Origin: Callorhinchus milii
Taxonomy: Eukaryota
Length of the DNA: 64,000 nucleotides
Assembly (NCBI RefSeq): GCF_018977255.1
Contig: NW_024704742.1
Location: 111,168,001 to 111,232,000, forward strand
Reading direction: 5' to 3'
Both the position numbers and the translations under genes were made by a program. The notes beneath the pieces are model-generated. The model was given only the letters and a program-made list of their open reading frames with translations, was not told the origin of the DNA and did not search any database. Positions 57,801 to 64,000 of the stretch are shown here, in pieces. Every line of letters begins with the position of its first letter. The stretch's first letter is position 1.

Positions 57801-60800
57801 CCGTGTCTCATTGTACTGACTCTGACTAGTTATTTTATGGGGTCAGATGCAACTGAGAGATCCAAAATATCAAGGGTCGAGGATTGCTTGGTCCTGGGAC
57901 ATTCAGCCTCTTTCTTTGAGATGATTGTAAAAGTACATCTGTCTTTGTGGGCAAATGTATAATCTAAATAGTGTAAGAACCCTGGGGTAATACTATTAAA
58001 ATCCAAGATTCAAAGATAAGCATCGATAGCCACTTAGCAGCTAATGATAATTTATTACTCAAATAATGAGAATTACTAGCAACTAGCTAGTCCATGGGAT
58101 CACTCCATTTAATTAGCTGTCTACCAAGACAACATATGGTGGTACAAAGGTTCAAGGGTGAGTTAGTATTTATCATTCTGTATTCAGACAATGTGATTAT
58201 TCCTCACTGCAATTAAGTAATATGTTTTCAATTAGTTGATCCTACAACCGCAGCCACAGAAATACTCTATATAATGATGTGTAATGTTACCTTGCGTTCT
58301 GACATTTGATAGGATAATTCTGTATTCTTCCTTTTCTTCAGGAATATGATCATCAACTAAACGCACTAAGAATGATGCGTTTAGAACACCCTGTGAAGTG
58401 GTAGAGTGGAAGATTAGAATTAAGAATAGATTTCACCGTGCCATGACAAAAACAGCCAGAATATTAGAAAAACTGTGAAATGAAAATCAGAAGTACAATG
58501 ATGATCACACTATATTCAGGAAAAGGTTTCTTTTCAGGAAACATAATAATAATCCTTGTATTTGATATAGCACCTTATCAAGTCTTTGAGACGTCTCAAA
58601 GAGCTTCACAGAATATACTGTAAAGTGAATTGACTGTATTTTGTGGGTGTAACACTGCAGTCAATTGCACACAGCAGTATCCCACAATCAGTTGTGGATT
58701 GAGTGACCAATTTTTTTTATATATAACTGAACTGTATATCTTTTTAAATGATGGGGATTTTATAGTTGTTCATATAGCATCTTTATTATTTTTGTTGTTA
58801 GAGACTGAATTAGCTCCAAAACTGTCTACAACCTGAACCCAATGTGCAGAATCACCTCAAATGTTTCAGCCTCTGGCTTTAGTCTGGCATTGCTTCAGCC
58901 ACTGGGTAACTCCACTTTATATCTGTAAAATGAAACTTTAGCTAACAGCAGCTCTAGAAAATATTGTGCTTCCTGGGTTGAATAATTATCTTTTTAAATT
59001 TTACATGATTTCTTATTTATGCTATGTTTTAATCTAAACATATGCACTTTTTGAACTTTGTAAAGGCAGCGCTTGCAGAGGGTTTGAGAACAGTAAGCAG
59101 GAAACAATCTTTTTGTGGATAAGTATGTAGGCTCCCTTCTCCATTGGTCCCTGGAAATATTTTAACTCATGGCTGCTACTAAGGAAATAACTCAACCGCT
59201 GCATTTTACAAGCGGCAGATTCCCTGATAAACACATCAGGGATCACTGCACTGAAACAACCAGGTCAAGCATTAATGTTCTAATTCCCCACTGGCCAGCC
59301 TTTGAAACCAATTCTCAGACAATTATGGACTGAACCTCTGAATTGTGGGGTTAAGGTTCAAAAAAGAGAGAATTCAGTGGAGGTTCAAGCTTGTTTCGAT
59401 TTAAGTATAACATTAATAAGAAATAATGTAAAATTGAAAATCTAATAAACCTCAACCCAGGGAGCACAAGATTTTCTGCAGCTGCTGATAATTAAGTTAT
59501 TTTTCTGCAGATATTTCTGAAAGAAAACCCTGTCCTGAATATAATTTGGTGATTGCTGTAGTTCGAGGAGAAAATTAGCAGCAGTTTAGTTCATTTCCTA
59601 CACAAGACACAGGAGAAAAAACAATAACAACAACAAGATTACATTTGTATAGCGCCTTTCACGTCAGGAGGATGTCCCAAGGTGCTGGACAGTGTACAGC
59701 GTATCAAACTCGAGCATGGGTCAGGGGCGGAGAAGGGAGCGGAGGGGAAGGATGGGGGCCAATGGCATGTTGCCCATCCTTCCTCAAACTGCAATGGCGA
59801 GGAGATGCTGGACTTCTTCCAATCCAAAATCAAGGGGATACGTTCAGCCACCTCTGCCCTGTCCACCGACACCCCCACATCACCTCTCCCTAATGACCCA
59901 CTCCCCACCCATCCCCCCTATACTCCTTCGACCCTATCTCCCTGCCCCCTCACCATGACTGTCCGCAAACTCAAACCCACCATCTGCTCCCTTGATCCCA
60001 TCTCCACCTCTCTACTCATCTCCCAGCTCCACCTTCTGGCCCCTCTCGTGTTCGACGTCATCAACCTCTTCTTGTCTACCGGTTCAGTTCCCACCGCCCT
60101 AAAAACAGCCGTCATCATCCCCACCTTGAAAAATCGTTCCCTGTACCCATCCCTTCTCTCCAGACATTGCTGTGCGCAATTGGCTGCCGCGTTCGTCCAC
60201 AAATATACAGTCAATTCACTTTACAGTGTGTTCTGTGAAGCGCTTTGGGACGTCCCCGACGTTAAAAGCGCTATATCAAATGCAAGGATTATTATTATTA
60301 TATTATGGTCGAAGAGGAGAATCTTGAGCCAGGACTTGAAGGAGGCTAAGGAGGGGGCGAGGCGGAGTGACTGGGGGATGGAGTTCCAGAGGTTGGGGCC
60401 AAAGTGGCTGAAGCCTCTCCCACCAATGGTGGGTTGGGTGGGTCGGGGGACGTGGAGCAGGCCGGAGCTGGCTGAGTGGAGGGGGTTAGGAGGTTGCAGA
60501 GGAAGGGTGGGGCGAGGCCATGGAGAGCTTTGTAGGTGAGGAACAGGATCTTGAACTGGATCCTCTGAAGGATAGGGAGCCAATGGAGTTGGGCAAGAAT
60601 GGGGGAGATGGGGTCACGGAGTTTGGTGCGGGAGAGGACACGGGTTGCAGAGTTCTGGATTATCTGCGGAGGGAGGAGTTGGGAAGGCCGACAAGCAGGG
60701 TGTTTGCATAGTCGAGCCTGGAAGTGATGAAGGCATGAACAAGAGTTTCAGCGGCCTGAGGGGTGAGGTAGTGGCGGACTCGGGAGATGTTACGGAGGTG

Positions 60801-63800
60801 AGGGAAGGCAGAGCGGGTCATGGCTTGAATGTGGGGAAGAAAAGACAGTTGAGGGTCGAACAAGACACCGAGGTTCCTGACTGACTTGGTGAGTTGTAGT
60901 GTGCAACCATGGAGGTTGATGCTGCCAGAGCCTGAGGTGCTGAGGCGCTGGCGTGAGCCAATCAGGAGGGCCTCAGTCTTGTTTACATTCAACTGTAGGA
61001 AATTTGCCCTCATCCAGGACTTGATGTCCGACAGGCAGTCTGTCAGGACAGCAGTGGTCCTAGAGGTGAGGGTGGAGGCAGAAAGATAGAGTTGGGTGTC
61101 ATCCACATACATATGGAAGTTGACCCCATGTCTGTGGATGATGTCACCAAGGGGGAGCATGTAGATATTAAAGAGGAGAGGGCCAAGGACAGAGCCCTGG
61201 GGGACGCCTTACATGACAGTGCGGGGGCTGGAGGAGAAACCGTTAGAGGCAACAAAGTGGAGACGGTGAGAGAAATAGGAATTGAACCAGGCAGCACCGA
61301 AGCCGGATTGGAGGGGTTCAAAGAGGGAATGGCGAGAAAGAAAGGAGCAGAGCTGGGACGCAACGACTCGTTCCAGGACCTTGGAGAGGAATGGGAGGTT
61401 AGAGATGGGACAGCAATAATAATAATCCTTGCATTTGATATAGCGCTTTTCACGTCTTCTAGACGTCCCAAAGCGCTTCACAGAATATACTGTAAAGTGA
61501 ATTGACTGTATATTTGGGGGCAAACGCGGCAGCCAATTGCGCACAGCAATGTCCCACAAACAGTCATGGATTGAAAATGAACAATTTATTATTTATTTTT
61601 TTTGGAGGGATTATTATTAGGCGTGTGGAGTAAGGAAACTTGCCCAAGGTTTCGCCCTGCCTGGAATTGAACTCAGGTCTTTCACCTGGTAGCTGGAGAG
61701 AAGGAATGGGTAGAGGGAACGTTTTTTCAAGATGGGGATGATGACGGCTGTTTTTAGGGGGCTGGGGACTGAACCGGTGGACAAGGAGAGGTTGATGACG
61801 TCGAACATGAGAGGGGCCAGAAGGTGGAGCTGGGAGACGAGGAGAGAGGTGGAGATGGGATCAAGGGAGCAGATAGTGTGTTTGAGTTTGCGGACAGTCA
61901 TGGTGAGGGGGCAGGGAGATAGGGTCGAAGAAGTATAGGGGGGATGGGTGGGGAATGGGTCATTAGGGAGAGGTGATGTGGGGGTGCGGTGGACAGGGCA
62001 GAGGTAGCTGAACGTATCCCCTCGATTTTGGATTGGAAGAAGTCCAGCATCTCCTCGCAGTTGCAGTTTGAGGAGAGGATGGGCAAGGCGTGGGAAGGTG
62101 TACGGAGTAGCCGATTAGTGGTGTAAAAAAGAAACCTGGGGTTGTCCTATGCCTCCAGGAAAACCTTGGAGTATGAGGAGGATTTGGCGGAGGCAAGAGC
62201 ACAGTCTTGGTGTGGTGAAGCCAAATCTGCCTATGGACTGTTTTTTTTGATTTGGTCTAGGCACGTTCGGCAGCTCGCACTTGTGCCTTGATGGAACGGA
62301 GATGGTTGGTATACCAGGGGGATTTACAGGAGTATGAGCCAGTTCGGGAGGTGAGGGGGCTAAGGGAGTCCAGAATGGAGAAAACGGCATTGTGGAGACA
62401 AGTGAGGAGGGGAGATCGGTCAGTGAGGGACAGAGGTGAAGGAGTTCAGATGACTTCAGGGCAGTGGACAGGAAGGAAATTTTTTCCATGGACGGTATGT
62501 GATGCTGGAGGGTTGAAAAAGGGGAAGGGGTACGGAGGTGTTGAGGGAGATGAAGTGGTGGTCCGAGATGGCTTTATCGATGATGGTGATGTCCGAGACG
62601 GTGAGGCCCCGGGTGATCACCAGGTCAAAGGGGTGGCCACGGTCATGGGTTGGGGAGTGGATGAGGGAGAGGCTAAGAGAAGAGAGAAGGGAGGACCAGT
62701 CAGCAGAGATCGACCAGGAGGGTGTGAAGTGGAGGTTGAAGTCGCCTAAGATTAGGAGGCATTCAGAGCAGACGGAGAGGGAAGATAGGAGGGTGGAGAT
62801 GTCTGAGAGGCAGGTGGGGGAAGGCTTGGGGGGATGGTAAACAAGGAGGATTTTGAGGTAAAGCCTGGAGGGGTGGTAGAAGGTGAGGTGTTCAGAGGAG
62901 GAGAAGGTTCTGGAAGAATAAGGGGAAAGGCCAAAGGGGGACCGGGAGATGAGAGCCACACCACCGCCACGGCGATTAGAAAACGGTAACATATAAGTCA
63001 AGAAGAAATATATGGGAGATTGTCGGTCATTGTGAAGATTTATTAAGAACAAGTGAGGTTCACAGGGCTGGAATCTTACAGCACGTACTAAAAAGGTGAC
63101 AAAACTGGCCAAGGCAATTTACAAGTCCATTGGTCTAATATCAATAATGTAAAATAATGAAATTGATTCTAATTGTTTGTACAGTTGAATCACATGCTAA
63201 TTTAATACGCAAATAATTTGATAAGAAAGAGGCAGCCCGGCTTTAGAAGGGGGAGACTGTGCCTTACACATGTTTTCTACACAAATCTGGGCTGGGATGA
63301 TCTGCTGTGAACTAAATCCACAGCAAATCTCACCTCCTGGTTGATGGTTGATTCAATTGCAAAGGTCACTGACTCTCAACAATTCTTTTCAGACCTTAGA
63401 TGACCTCATTGTGCAAATAGGAAGATGTAGCAGTTAGAAAGAGATTACTTTAAGGTGCCTTATAGTAAAAAACAAACCGATTTTGGTGGGTTGCACGTGT
63501 ACCAAAGCTTCATGGTGTTACGCTGTTGGGAATGATGTGGGTTTTCTCCGAGCAACAAACGCAGGATCAGGTGCTGACTGACATGCTTTCTGAAACTATT
63601 TCCTATATTTATGTCAGTTTACGCAGTTCTATAAGTACACTGCACATTGTGTATCATAAAACTACGACAATCTCCACATTTTATTATCATCACTTTACGG
63701 CATGAGCAAAATTTTTCACTTTACTCCTGGCAAATTAAATAGCAGTGAATCAGCCCATTATTAAACCAAAAAGTATTCTAATTGTCTACCTCAGAAAACA

Positions 63801-63920
63801 AAAGGGTTCCATTGAAATCTCCAAAGTTTTCCTGAATATAACGTCCATGAATGCTCCAGGTAACGGTAACATTGCCAAGCCCAGGAGGACTCCTTTCAAT
63901 CAGGAACAATAGATTTTCTC
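3578..63920 (-). CDS. ADGRV1: Adhesion G protein-coupled receptor V1 (VLGR1/GPR98), partial gene: 43 internal coding exons, Calx-beta repeats plus EAR/EPTP repeats
   Basis: Spliced translation is collinear with human ADGRV1 as recalled (e.g. [59 protein letters not shown]). All introns are GT-AG and phases chain apart from two homopolymer indels. Confidence 0.98.
4339..4510 (-). CDS. ADGRV1: ADGRV1 exon 42
   Basis: [16 protein letters not shown]...[34 protein letters not shown]; 172 nt. Confidence 0.94.
4935..5382 (+). mobile_element. L2 LINE 3' end, degraded
   Basis: Similar to 22420-22910; ends in ctatataaat tail. Confidence 0.75.
6109..6426 (-). mobile_element. tRNA-derived SINE, full length
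   Basis: Head GGAGTCCT..TCAGTGGTTAGAGC with Pol III A/B boxes, Deu-like core, (TTA)n tail. Confidence 0.9.
6631..6748 (-). CDS. ADGRV1: ADGRV1 exon 41
   Basis: [38 protein letters not shown]; 118 nt. Confidence 0.93.
6912..7110 (-). mobile_element. CR1-type LINE 3' end
   Basis: catagaa...gaggccatttggcc...cccactctccc, same terminus as the CR1 RT fragment at 19491. Confidence 0.75.
8236..8491 (-). mobile_element. SINE variant: same head and tail, different body
   Basis: tRNA head and TTA tail as in other copies; Deu-like core absent and about 60 nt of other sequence present. Confidence 0.85.
8782..9628 (-). CDS. ADGRV1: ADGRV1 exon 40, large exon (apparent -1 frameshift)
   Basis: [16 protein letters not shown]...[12 protein letters not shown][-A][16 protein letters not shown]...[13 protein letters not shown]...FAEIIIS; 847 nt where 848 is required. 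Confidence 0.93.
11246..11381 (-). CDS. ADGRV1: ADGRV1 exon 39
   Basis: [14 protein letters not shown]...[19 protein letters not shown]; 136 nt. Confidence 0.93.
12005..12177 (-). CDS. ADGRV1: ADGRV1 exon 38 (apparent +1 frameshift)
   Basis: VGF[+T][26 protein letters not shown]...VTPAS; 173 nt where 172 is required. Confidence 0.9.
13116..13259 (-). CDS. ADGRV1: ADGRV1 exon 37
   Basis: [21 protein letters not shown]...VPAEAANSE; 144 nt, phase 0-0. Confidence 0.93.
13320..14000 (+). mobile_element. SINE head fused to an L2 ORF2 3' fragment, interrupted by an antisense SINE
   Basis: Head 13320-13390; L2 ([13 protein letters not shown]) 13391-13644; L2 resumes at 13968-14000. Confidence 0.8.
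13645..13967 (-). mobile_element. tRNA-derived SINE, full length, young, nested in L2
   Basis: Near-identical to the 48177 and 41658 copies. Confidence 0.92.
14253..14726 (-). CDS. ADGRV1: ADGRV1 exon 36
   Basis: [15 protein letters not shown]...[13 protein letters not shown]...VPIINQ; 474 nt. Confidence 0.95.
15310..15459 (-). CDS. ADGRV1: ADGRV1 exon 35
   Basis: [26 protein letters not shown]...QGLMGDIK; 150 nt. Confidence 0.94.
15765..16004 (-). CDS. ADGRV1: ADGRV1 exon 34
   Basis: [10 protein letters not shown]...[15 protein letters not shown]...GNVSLM; 240 nt. Confidence 0.95.
16227..16535 (-). mobile_element. tRNA-derived SINE, full length
   Basis: Head, core and tail all present. 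Confidence 0.9.
17694..17913 (-). CDS. ADGRV1: ADGRV1 exon 33
   Basis: [20 protein letters not shown]...[15 protein letters not shown]...[12 protein letters not shown]; 220 nt. Confidence 0.95.
18880..19081 (-). CDS. ADGRV1: ADGRV1 exon 32
   Basis: [25 protein letters not shown]...[11 protein letters not shown]; 202 nt. Confidence 0.95.
19491..20310 (-). mobile_element. CR1-type LINE, 5'-truncated (RT C-terminus plus 3' end)
   Basis: ORF 19781-20209: RDLGVQV...[20 protein letters not shown]...[14 protein letters not shown]...[13 protein letters not shown], typical CR1 ORF2 C-terminus. Confidence 0.93.
20424..20680. repeat. 31-bp minisatellite, about 8 degenerate copies
   Basis: Unit ataatcattccaggcatcagtcattcaataa read directly. 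Confidence 0.85.
21402..21550 (-). CDS. ADGRV1: ADGRV1 exon 31
   Basis: [49 protein letters not shown]; 149 nt. Confidence 0.94.
21990..22910 (+). mobile_element. L2 LINE 3' portion
   Basis: [42 protein letters not shown] motifs; tail tgtgaaaggcgctatataaatg(ttg)n. Confidence 0.92.
23560..23925 (-). mobile_element. CR1-type fragment, degraded
   Basis: Homologous to 19790-20100. Confidence 0.75.
24036..24375 (-). mobile_element. L2 tail and ORF2 remnants
   Basis: (aac)n tail; reverse strand gacatcaggacctggatgaatgcaaacttcctgcagttaac matches the L2 DIKSWM region. Confidence 0.65.
24621..24856 (-). CDS. ADGRV1: ADGRV1 exon 30
   Basis: [17 protein letters not shown]...[23 protein letters not shown]; 236 nt. 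Confidence 0.94.
25063..25248 (-). CDS. ADGRV1: ADGRV1 exon 29
   Basis: [17 protein letters not shown]...[12 protein letters not shown]...ENAEQ; 186 nt. Confidence 0.94.
25962..26100 (-). CDS. ADGRV1: ADGRV1 exon 28
   Basis: [15 protein letters not shown]...EFAETEG...[13 protein letters not shown]; 139 nt. Confidence 0.94.
26695..26818 (-). CDS. ADGRV1: ADGRV1 exon 27
   Basis: [40 protein letters not shown]; 124 nt. Confidence 0.92.
27253..27373 (-). CDS. ADGRV1: ADGRV1 exon 26
   Basis: [40 protein letters not shown]; 121 nt. Confidence 0.92.
28064..28225 (-). CDS. ADGRV1: ADGRV1 exon 25
   Basis: [22 protein letters not shown]...LTGTLSFNE; 162 nt. Confidence 0.93.
28920..29173. repeat. 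Decayed 22-24 bp minisatellite, about 11 units
   Basis: Recurrent (g/a)agtac..gcacag..acaaa.ct units. Confidence 0.65.
29785..30282 (+). mobile_element. L2 3' end followed by SINE 3' half
   Basis: LWNS-like ctctggaactc, L2 tail at about 30070, then Deu-like core and tail. Confidence 0.8.
31090..31269 (-). CDS. ADGRV1: ADGRV1 exon 24
   Basis: [12 protein letters not shown]...[14 protein letters not shown]; 180 nt. Confidence 0.95.
32066..32248 (-). CDS. ADGRV1: ADGRV1 exon 23
   Basis: [34 protein letters not shown]...LTFAEGK; 183 nt. Confidence 0.94.
32480..32659 (-). CDS. ADGRV1: ADGRV1 exon 22
   Basis: [17 protein letters not shown]...[33 protein letters not shown]; 180 nt. Confidence 0.94.
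32753..33190. mobile_element. Cluster of three SINE fragments (+, -, -)
   Basis: Core gctgtgtgcaaattggctgc on + at 32767; reverse tails at about 32895 and 32968. Confidence 0.8.
33906..34108 (-). CDS. ADGRV1: ADGRV1 exon 21
   Basis: [21 protein letters not shown]...QASENQDY...ITVTILT; 203 nt. Confidence 0.93.
35197..35530 (-). mobile_element. Two 5'-truncated SINE copies in tandem
   Basis: Tail plus core 35197-35403; second tail 35410-35530. Confidence 0.82.
35957..36212 (-). CDS. ADGRV1: ADGRV1 exon 20
   Basis: [23 protein letters not shown]...[12 protein letters not shown]...QEPG; 256 nt. Confidence 0.95.
37134..37280 (-). CDS. ADGRV1: ADGRV1 exon 19
   Basis: [26 protein letters not shown]...SDIFPTSGV; 147 nt. 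Confidence 0.93.
38133..38337 (-). CDS. ADGRV1: ADGRV1 exon 18
   Basis: [26 protein letters not shown]...[12 protein letters not shown]; 205 nt. Confidence 0.95.
38440..39370 (+). mobile_element. Older L2 RT 3' fragment
   Basis: atgtatgcggatgatacccaa (MYADDTQ) and downstream L2 motifs, many frameshifts. Confidence 0.82.
39816..40038 (-). CDS. ADGRV1: ADGRV1 exon 17 (EAR end)
   Basis: [29 protein letters not shown]...SNQSDFIP; 223 nt. Confidence 0.94.
40591..40713 (-). CDS. ADGRV1: ADGRV1 exon 16 (EAR)
   Basis: [23 protein letters not shown]...FTPASGF; 123 nt. Confidence 0.94.
41173..41437 (-). CDS. ADGRV1: ADGRV1 exon 15 (EAR)
   Basis: [16 protein letters not shown]...LYQWSDGEF...[11 protein letters not shown]; 265 nt. 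Confidence 0.95.
41658..41987 (+). mobile_element. tRNA-Ala(TGC)-like SINE, full length, TSD TAAGT
   Basis: A box TAGCTCAGTGG, anticodon arm CTCGC-TTTGCAA-GCGAG, B box GTTCAATTCC; TAAGT on both sides. Confidence 0.93.
42373..42687 (-). mobile_element. tRNA-derived SINE, full length
   Basis: Inverted near-copy of 41658-41987. Confidence 0.92.
42858..42968 (-). CDS. ADGRV1: ADGRV1 exon 14 (EAR)
   Basis: [37 protein letters not shown]; 111 nt. Confidence 0.88.
43333..43479 (-). CDS. ADGRV1: ADGRV1 exon 13 (EAR)
   Basis: [25 protein letters not shown]...KSGLTL; 147 nt. Confidence 0.9.
43596..43777 (-). CDS. ADGRV1: ADGRV1 exon 12 (EAR/EPTP region)
   Basis: [25 protein letters not shown]...[12 protein letters not shown]; 182 nt. 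Confidence 0.93.
43800..44021. mobile_element. Tigger/pogo-like MITE
   Basis: Imperfect TIRs CAGTACAGACCACTATTATAATGTGG / CCGCGCTATAATGGGGCTCTACTG, TA on both sides. Confidence 0.7.
44503..44627 (-). CDS. ADGRV1: ADGRV1 exon 11
   Basis: [22 protein letters not shown]...[11 protein letters not shown]; 125 nt. Confidence 0.94.
44790..45610 (-). mobile_element. Old L2 3' fragment
   Basis: (aac)n plus ttgcattt tail; purine-rich body homologous to 60300-61140. Confidence 0.7.
45735..45910 (-). CDS. ADGRV1: ADGRV1 exon 10
   Basis: [18 protein letters not shown]...[17 protein letters not shown]; 176 nt. Confidence 0.95.
45990..46155 (-). mobile_element. SINE 3' half, diverged
   Basis: Tail and core similarity to full copies. 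Confidence 0.75.
46877..47005. mobile_element. Tigger/pogo-like MITE
   Basis: GTCAAACCTGT...ACAGGTTTGAC terminal inverted repeat with TA flanks. Confidence 0.65.
47172..47434 (-). CDS. ADGRV1: ADGRV1 exon 9
   Basis: [30 protein letters not shown]...LEEGIRMK; 263 nt. Confidence 0.95.
48177..48485 (-). mobile_element. tRNA-derived SINE, full length, TSD CAGTA
   Basis: CAGTA at 48172-48176 and 48486-48490. Confidence 0.93.
49232..49373 (-). CDS. ADGRV1: ADGRV1 exon 8
   Basis: [29 protein letters not shown]...LELGEKTT; 142 nt. Confidence 0.95.
49615..49753 (-). CDS. ADGRV1: ADGRV1 exon 7
   Basis: [49 protein letters not shown] acceptor; 139 nt. Confidence 0.92.
51101..51179 (-). CDS. ADGRV1: ADGRV1 exon 6
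   Basis: [25 protein letters not shown]; 79 nt, phase 1-2. Confidence 0.92.
52916..53221 (+). mobile_element. tRNA-derived SINE, full length
   Basis: Head, core and tail present. Confidence 0.9.
53393..53708 (-). mobile_element. tRNA-derived SINE, full length
   Basis: Head, core and tail present. Confidence 0.92.
53846..53939 (-). CDS. ADGRV1: ADGRV1 exon 5
   Basis: [31 protein letters not shown]; 94 nt. Confidence 0.93.
54800..54963 (-). CDS. ADGRV1: ADGRV1 exon 4
   Basis: [12 protein letters not shown]...[31 protein letters not shown]; 164 nt. Confidence 0.95.
55698..55877 (-). CDS. ADGRV1: ADGRV1 exon 3
   Basis: [32 protein letters not shown]...REFGSL; 180 nt, phase 1-1. Confidence 0.95.
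57075..57650 (+). mobile_element. L2 LINE 3' end
   Basis: Close match to 22330-22910. Confidence 0.88.
58291..58390 (-). CDS. ADGRV1: ADGRV1 exon 2
   Basis: [33 protein letters not shown]; 100 nt, phase 0-1. Confidence 0.92.
58543..58712 (-). mobile_element. SINE 3' half
   Basis: Tail and core present. Confidence 0.82.
59770..60304 (+). mobile_element. Chimeric L2-ORF2::SINE insertion, possible TSD ATG
   Basis: L2 segment 59770-60163 joined to SINE core and tail 60164-60304; splits the host L2 between ggcatg and gtcgaagagg. Confidence 0.8.
61415..61687 (-). mobile_element. SINE (head slightly truncated) nested in L2 ORF2
   Basis: Interrupts [14 protein letters not shown]. Confidence 0.9.
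63790..63920 (-). CDS. ADGRV1: ADGRV1 exon (in-window 1)
   Basis: [25 protein letters not shown]...GTLLFSE; AG/GT flanks; 131 nt, phase 1-0. Confidence 0.9.
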
Positions 63921-64000
63921 CTAAAAATTGGAAAAGAGAATCAGAGTGAACTCCCAAACTCGCGTCCTAGCGAGAAACATTTGGTTTCAATCATGCAGCA

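Larger units (their letters stand above)
59621..62980 (-). mobile_element. L2 LINE, long defective copy (APE endonuclease, RT, 3' tail) with nested insertions
   Basis: EN motifs [30 protein letters not shown] motifs [27 protein letters not shown]; frameshifts and an internal RT deletion near 61290. Confidence 0.93.

Noticed and set aside
59682..60539. 285-aa plus-strand ORF
   Set aside because: Chance read-through across antisense L2, sense L2 and SINE fragments
59621..62980. Active autonomous LINE
   Set aside because: Frameshifts, an internal RT deletion, nested insertions and no ORF1 or 5' end

Overview
Vertebrate nuclear DNA, probably from a cartilaginous fish (inferred from the repeat content and compact introns). 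The whole window lies inside one minus-strand gene, ADGRV1 (VLGR1/GPR98/USH2C). I traced 43 internal coding exons by hand between 63920 and 3578, all with GT-AG introns, totalling 8234 nt (about 2740 codons). They encode Calx-beta repeats, the EAR/EPTP block and further Calx-beta repeats; the start and the GAIN/7TM end lie outside the window. Splice phases chain correctly everywhere except for two single-base homopolymer indels (+1 at 12168-12171, -1 at 9484-9487), each followed immediately by a TGA; these are assembly errors or a null allele. Introns hold a young tRNA-Ala-headed SINE with a Deu-type core and an L2-type tail, L2 and CR1 LINE fragments, Tigger-like MITEs, an unclassified palindromic repeat and two minisatellites. 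I found no convincing novel biological system. The most unusual items are an inverted L2::SINE chimeric insert within an L2, closely spaced inverted SINE pairs, a SINE with a swapped body, a duplicated 3' splice site, and the absence of the Thr-rich insert I recall from human ADGRV1. Comparisons with human ADGRV1 and repeat families are from memory, not database searches.
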